Origin: Vicugna vicugna
Lineage: Eukaryota
Assembly (NCBI GenBank): GCA_013265495.1
Contig: MU058781.1
Coordinates: forward strand, 7,160,522 to 7,197,109
Length of the DNA stretch: 36,588 bases
Reading direction: 5' to 3'
Both the position numbers and the translations under genes were made by a program. The notes under the pieces were generated by a model that worked only from the letters and a program-made list of their open reading frames with translations, was not told the origin of the DNA and searched no databases. Positions 34,026 through 36,588 of this stretch are shown here, one piece after another. How positions within the stretch are numbered: position 1 is the first letter of the stretch; each line of letters starts with the position of its first letter.

Positions 34026-34519
34026 TAGTGGTTGGAGTTGGTCCTGAAAATATCAGCAGCTCTTGTCTCGCTTCCTTTTATGGTGGCCGTTTTAATATCT
34101 TCTGTTCCATGACTTTTTCCCCTCCTGCCCCTTACCCTTCTTTCCTCTAGACAGGAATACAGTGAGTTCCAGAAGTAAGGCCCCTGTTTTCTCTGCTGAG
34201 GGAATAAGAAGGTGGTGGAGGTGATGGGCCCGGAGCTGTTCTGTGTCACAGTTAGTCTACTCTGGGCAAGGCCAAGAGGTTGTGCATAGATTATGAATGG
34301 TTTGCCAGAGCTGGAAAGTATCACAGAAGCTGATGACTTGAGAGATGCAGCGTATGTAAGAGGCCAGATCCAGTGATCGTGGGAAAGAAATAGACTTAGG
34401 CATTGAGGTTGCTCCTTGTGGTATTTTCTTTGGTTAAGCATCATACTTTAATTGACTGCCAGCAATTTGTATGTGACTAGGATAAACTCCTGCCCAGTAG
34501 CTTAGATCAGGGATCCAGT

Positions 34520-34720
34520 TTAGTGCAGTAGTTATGAGAATGTACTCTGGATGCATTCTGCATTTAAACTTGGTTCCACTGCTTCCTGGCTCTCTTTGAC
34601 TTTGCTAAATTTCCCTAAAGTCTGTACCTCAATTTCTTCATCTGTAAAATGGCAATGCTCCAAGGATTAAATAAGTTAATACATATGACACACGTGGAAC
34701 CAGTCTTGGTACTTACGAAG

Positions 34721-34721
<1 letters not shown>
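34520..34721 (+). mobile_element. MIR SINE, near full length
   Basis: TAGTGCAGTAGTTATGAGAATGTACTCTGGA...CTGTACCTCAATTTCTTCATCTGTAAAATGG...AGGATTAAATAAGTTAATACATATG. Confidence 0.9.

Positions 34722-34760
<39 letters not shown>
34722..34760. repeat. (ATT)13 microsatellite at the MIR 3' end
   Basis: Perfect 39-bp trinucleotide run. It explains the poly-Tyr and poly-Ile stretches in the ORF track. Confidence 0.95.
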
Positions 34761-34894
34761 TCTTCAAAACTGCACAGCAGCATTGTAATGCAGATTTCAA
34801 AACTAATGATTTGCCTTTCCAGCAAGATGCATTGGAGACCATTGTCCACATTAGTTCCTAGCATTAAAGAATGGAAAAGCAAATGACTAACAAA

Positions 34895-35270
34895 TAGTAT
34901 AGTGGAACAATTGGTAGACTCCACTAGACTTAGAGTTGAAAATTCTATCATTCTAGCAGCATGATCTTGGAAAATTCCTTTCAACCCCTAGTCTCATTTT
35001 TCTTCCCTTTTTTTTGAAATGAAAGGGTTGAATTAGATCTAGGATGACAAGTAAGTACAAACAAACTGCTAGTCCACCCACTGGTGACCATGGAAAGCAT
35101 GGCTAATGGATAGATCAGCATACTTTCTGGCTGCTCATACTTTGGCTGAACACTGCCAGCCAGGAAGCCATTGCCAGTTGACTGGTGTTGGCAAATAATA
35201 AAACGGATTTCCCACTTGTAGTATCATATGCTCTTGAAGGTTTCTTCCAGCTCTATACTTCTGTGCTTTA
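34895..35270 (+). mobile_element. MIR3-type SINE split by a DNA transposon
   Basis: The 5' part ends AAATGAAAGGGTTGAATTAGAT (~35038). The 3' part resumes CTTGAAGGTTTCTTCCAGCTCTATACTTCTGTG (~35233-35265). Confidence 0.65.
35040..35218. mobile_element. MER103C-like hAT-Charlie element
   Basis: GGATGACAAGTA...CATGGCTAATGGAT...CCAGGAAGCCATTGCCAGTTGACTGGTGTTGGCA...AAACGGATTTCCCAC parallels the MER103 consensus as I recall it. Confidence 0.6.
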
Positions 35271-36289
35271 ATGATTCAGAGGTGAGTCAATGTGTTAGAA
35301 GTTGGTTTTTTGTAGATTTAACATAGCTGGCACCGAGAACTTTCCAGGAGGCCAGAGAGTTCAGGGAACTTGGAGAGCTTTCTTCACAGTCAGGATAAGA
35401 AAATGTCCCCTGCTTACCATGATCCTTATGTTTCAAAGGGAAATCTTGAGAGGTAGAGGAATACCTAAGAAGGAGAAAATCTGGGTGTTTGAGATTCTCT
35501 CCCCCTAATATTACCCTAGACTGCTTTTCAGAAGGCTCCCATATGCCTCATAGACTGGGTACAGGCGTTCTGTCTTTGGAACCCAGAAGATGTTGCCGTG
35601 TACAAATGGTAGCTTTTGAGGCGTTTAAACTGGAGAGCTTCCGAAGAACAGGGTGGGTTTCTGATCTATGAGTTGAAAGCAAATTGACACAGGGGAGTAG
35701 TCAGAGGCCAACCATCCTTTCTATTCTGTAAGTACTGAATACAGATGTTTTAATATTACCAGCATCTGATCACCTTGTTAAGTCTGGCTTTGTGATAAGA
35801 TGTCCTGAATTTAAAGTTTGGAATTCAAGCCTAGTTGTATAAATACATTTCAGAGAAGTGGTGATGTGAATTCTTTAAGAGAATGGTGTATATTTTGAGA
35901 GCTCTGGTGCCGAGTTCCCCTTCCCCCTGTCATGTCACTGGGGTTTCGTTTTTACTCTGCTATTGGACAACTCTGGAACACTTACTTCTGTGCCCATATT
36001 GTTTGAGCTAATAGTTTCTGTTTATGTGAGACTGGTAGATAGTAACACTTGAGAAGTTAAGCATTGTAAAACCAGAGAAAGTGATTGCTGTGACGATGTT
36101 GGGTAGGAAGAATTTTGAACATCCAGACTACCTCCTTACTGGATCTTATTTTAACCACTTGAAAATTTTCTTCCAGTATCTAAAGAGCAATATTGCTACA
36201 TACATGAAAAAGAGACTGAATTTGCTGACTCTTAAGAGGTTAAAGCATTAATACCAGCTTTCTAGTGACCCGGAGGTAAATGTTTTGTG

Positions 36290-36546
36290 AGGGATTTGGG
36301 TCTGCAGTTGCACATTCATCAAGAACCAAATGCTCCCATAGAAGACTCTTGACTCCTTGTGGGAGCAGTGAGTGGAAGGACTTTGTTATTGACATCAAAG
36401 GTGTTCTTTTTTTTTTTTTAAGGGATTTGGGTGTTGCACATTCATCAAGAACCAAATGCTCCCATAGAAGACTCTTGACTCCTTGTGGGAGCAGTGAGTG
36501 GAAGGCCTTTGTTATTGACATCAAAGGTGTTCTTTTTTTTTTTTTT
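36290..36546 (+). repeat. Direct tandem duplication of a ~130-bp unique sequence (copy 1 36290-36419, copy 2 36421-36546)
   Basis: The copies are identical except for a 5-nt indel (CTGCA absent in copy 2), one substitution (A36380 vs C36506) and T-run length (13 vs 14). Confidence 0.97.
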
Positions 36547-36588
36547 CTATTTTTTATTTATTCATAATCATTTTTCAGGTTTGTGTTA

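Noticed and set aside
33866..34444. Longest ORF (192 aa, minus strand)
   Set aside because: It has no recognisable domain and a Ser/Arg-rich, random-looking composition. Its C-terminal quarter is the antisense of an L2 3' end. An ORF of this length is not compelling without conservation or expression data.
34649..34984. Poly-Tyr and poly-Ile ORFs
   Set aside because: They are translations of the (ATT)13 microsatellite and MIR sequence.
36290..36546. CRISPR-like array or Rho-independent terminator (hairpin plus T-run)
   Set aside because: There are only two long adjacent copies with no spacers, and the context is mammalian.
36240..36567. ORFs with internally repeated peptides on both strands
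   Set aside because: The peptide repeat simply reflects the DNA tandem duplication and its T-runs. There is no coding evidence.
36547..36588. Splice acceptor-like TTTTTCAG at 36571-36578
   Set aside because: Only 10 nt follow before the window ends, so it cannot be evaluated.

Overview
This window is non-coding eutherian mammal genomic DNA (intronic or intergenic). I find no credible protein-coding gene: the supplied ORFs are short chance ORFs or fragments of transposons (272-487 is L1 ORF2 endonuclease, 7912-8121 is L2 reverse transcriptase, 28016-28916 is L1 ORF2 plus a SINE). The window is dominated by old interspersed repeats: L1 (1-1830 minus; 28132-29502 plus, with a perfect 14-bp TSD), HAL1, many MIR and L2 pieces, CR1/L3, MLT1, MER81, MER58A, MER103C and a ~1.46-kb putative solo LTR. 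The one young element is a tRNA-Ala(AGC)-derived SINE at 28388-28488. It resembles the camelid SINE family, and I saw no Alu, B1/B2, BovB/CHR, PRE or CAN SINEs, so a camel/alpaca-type genome is likely (inference). The most notable non-TE signals are a near-identical ~130-bp tandem duplication at the window end carrying paired TCF/LEF motifs, a motif- and palindrome-rich TE-poor block at ~11.8-13.1 kb, and a candidate 24-nt micro-exon at 34151-34174. I see no evidence for a new multi-gene system. Repeat family names come from recalled consensus sequences, not a database search, and most repeat boundaries are approximate.
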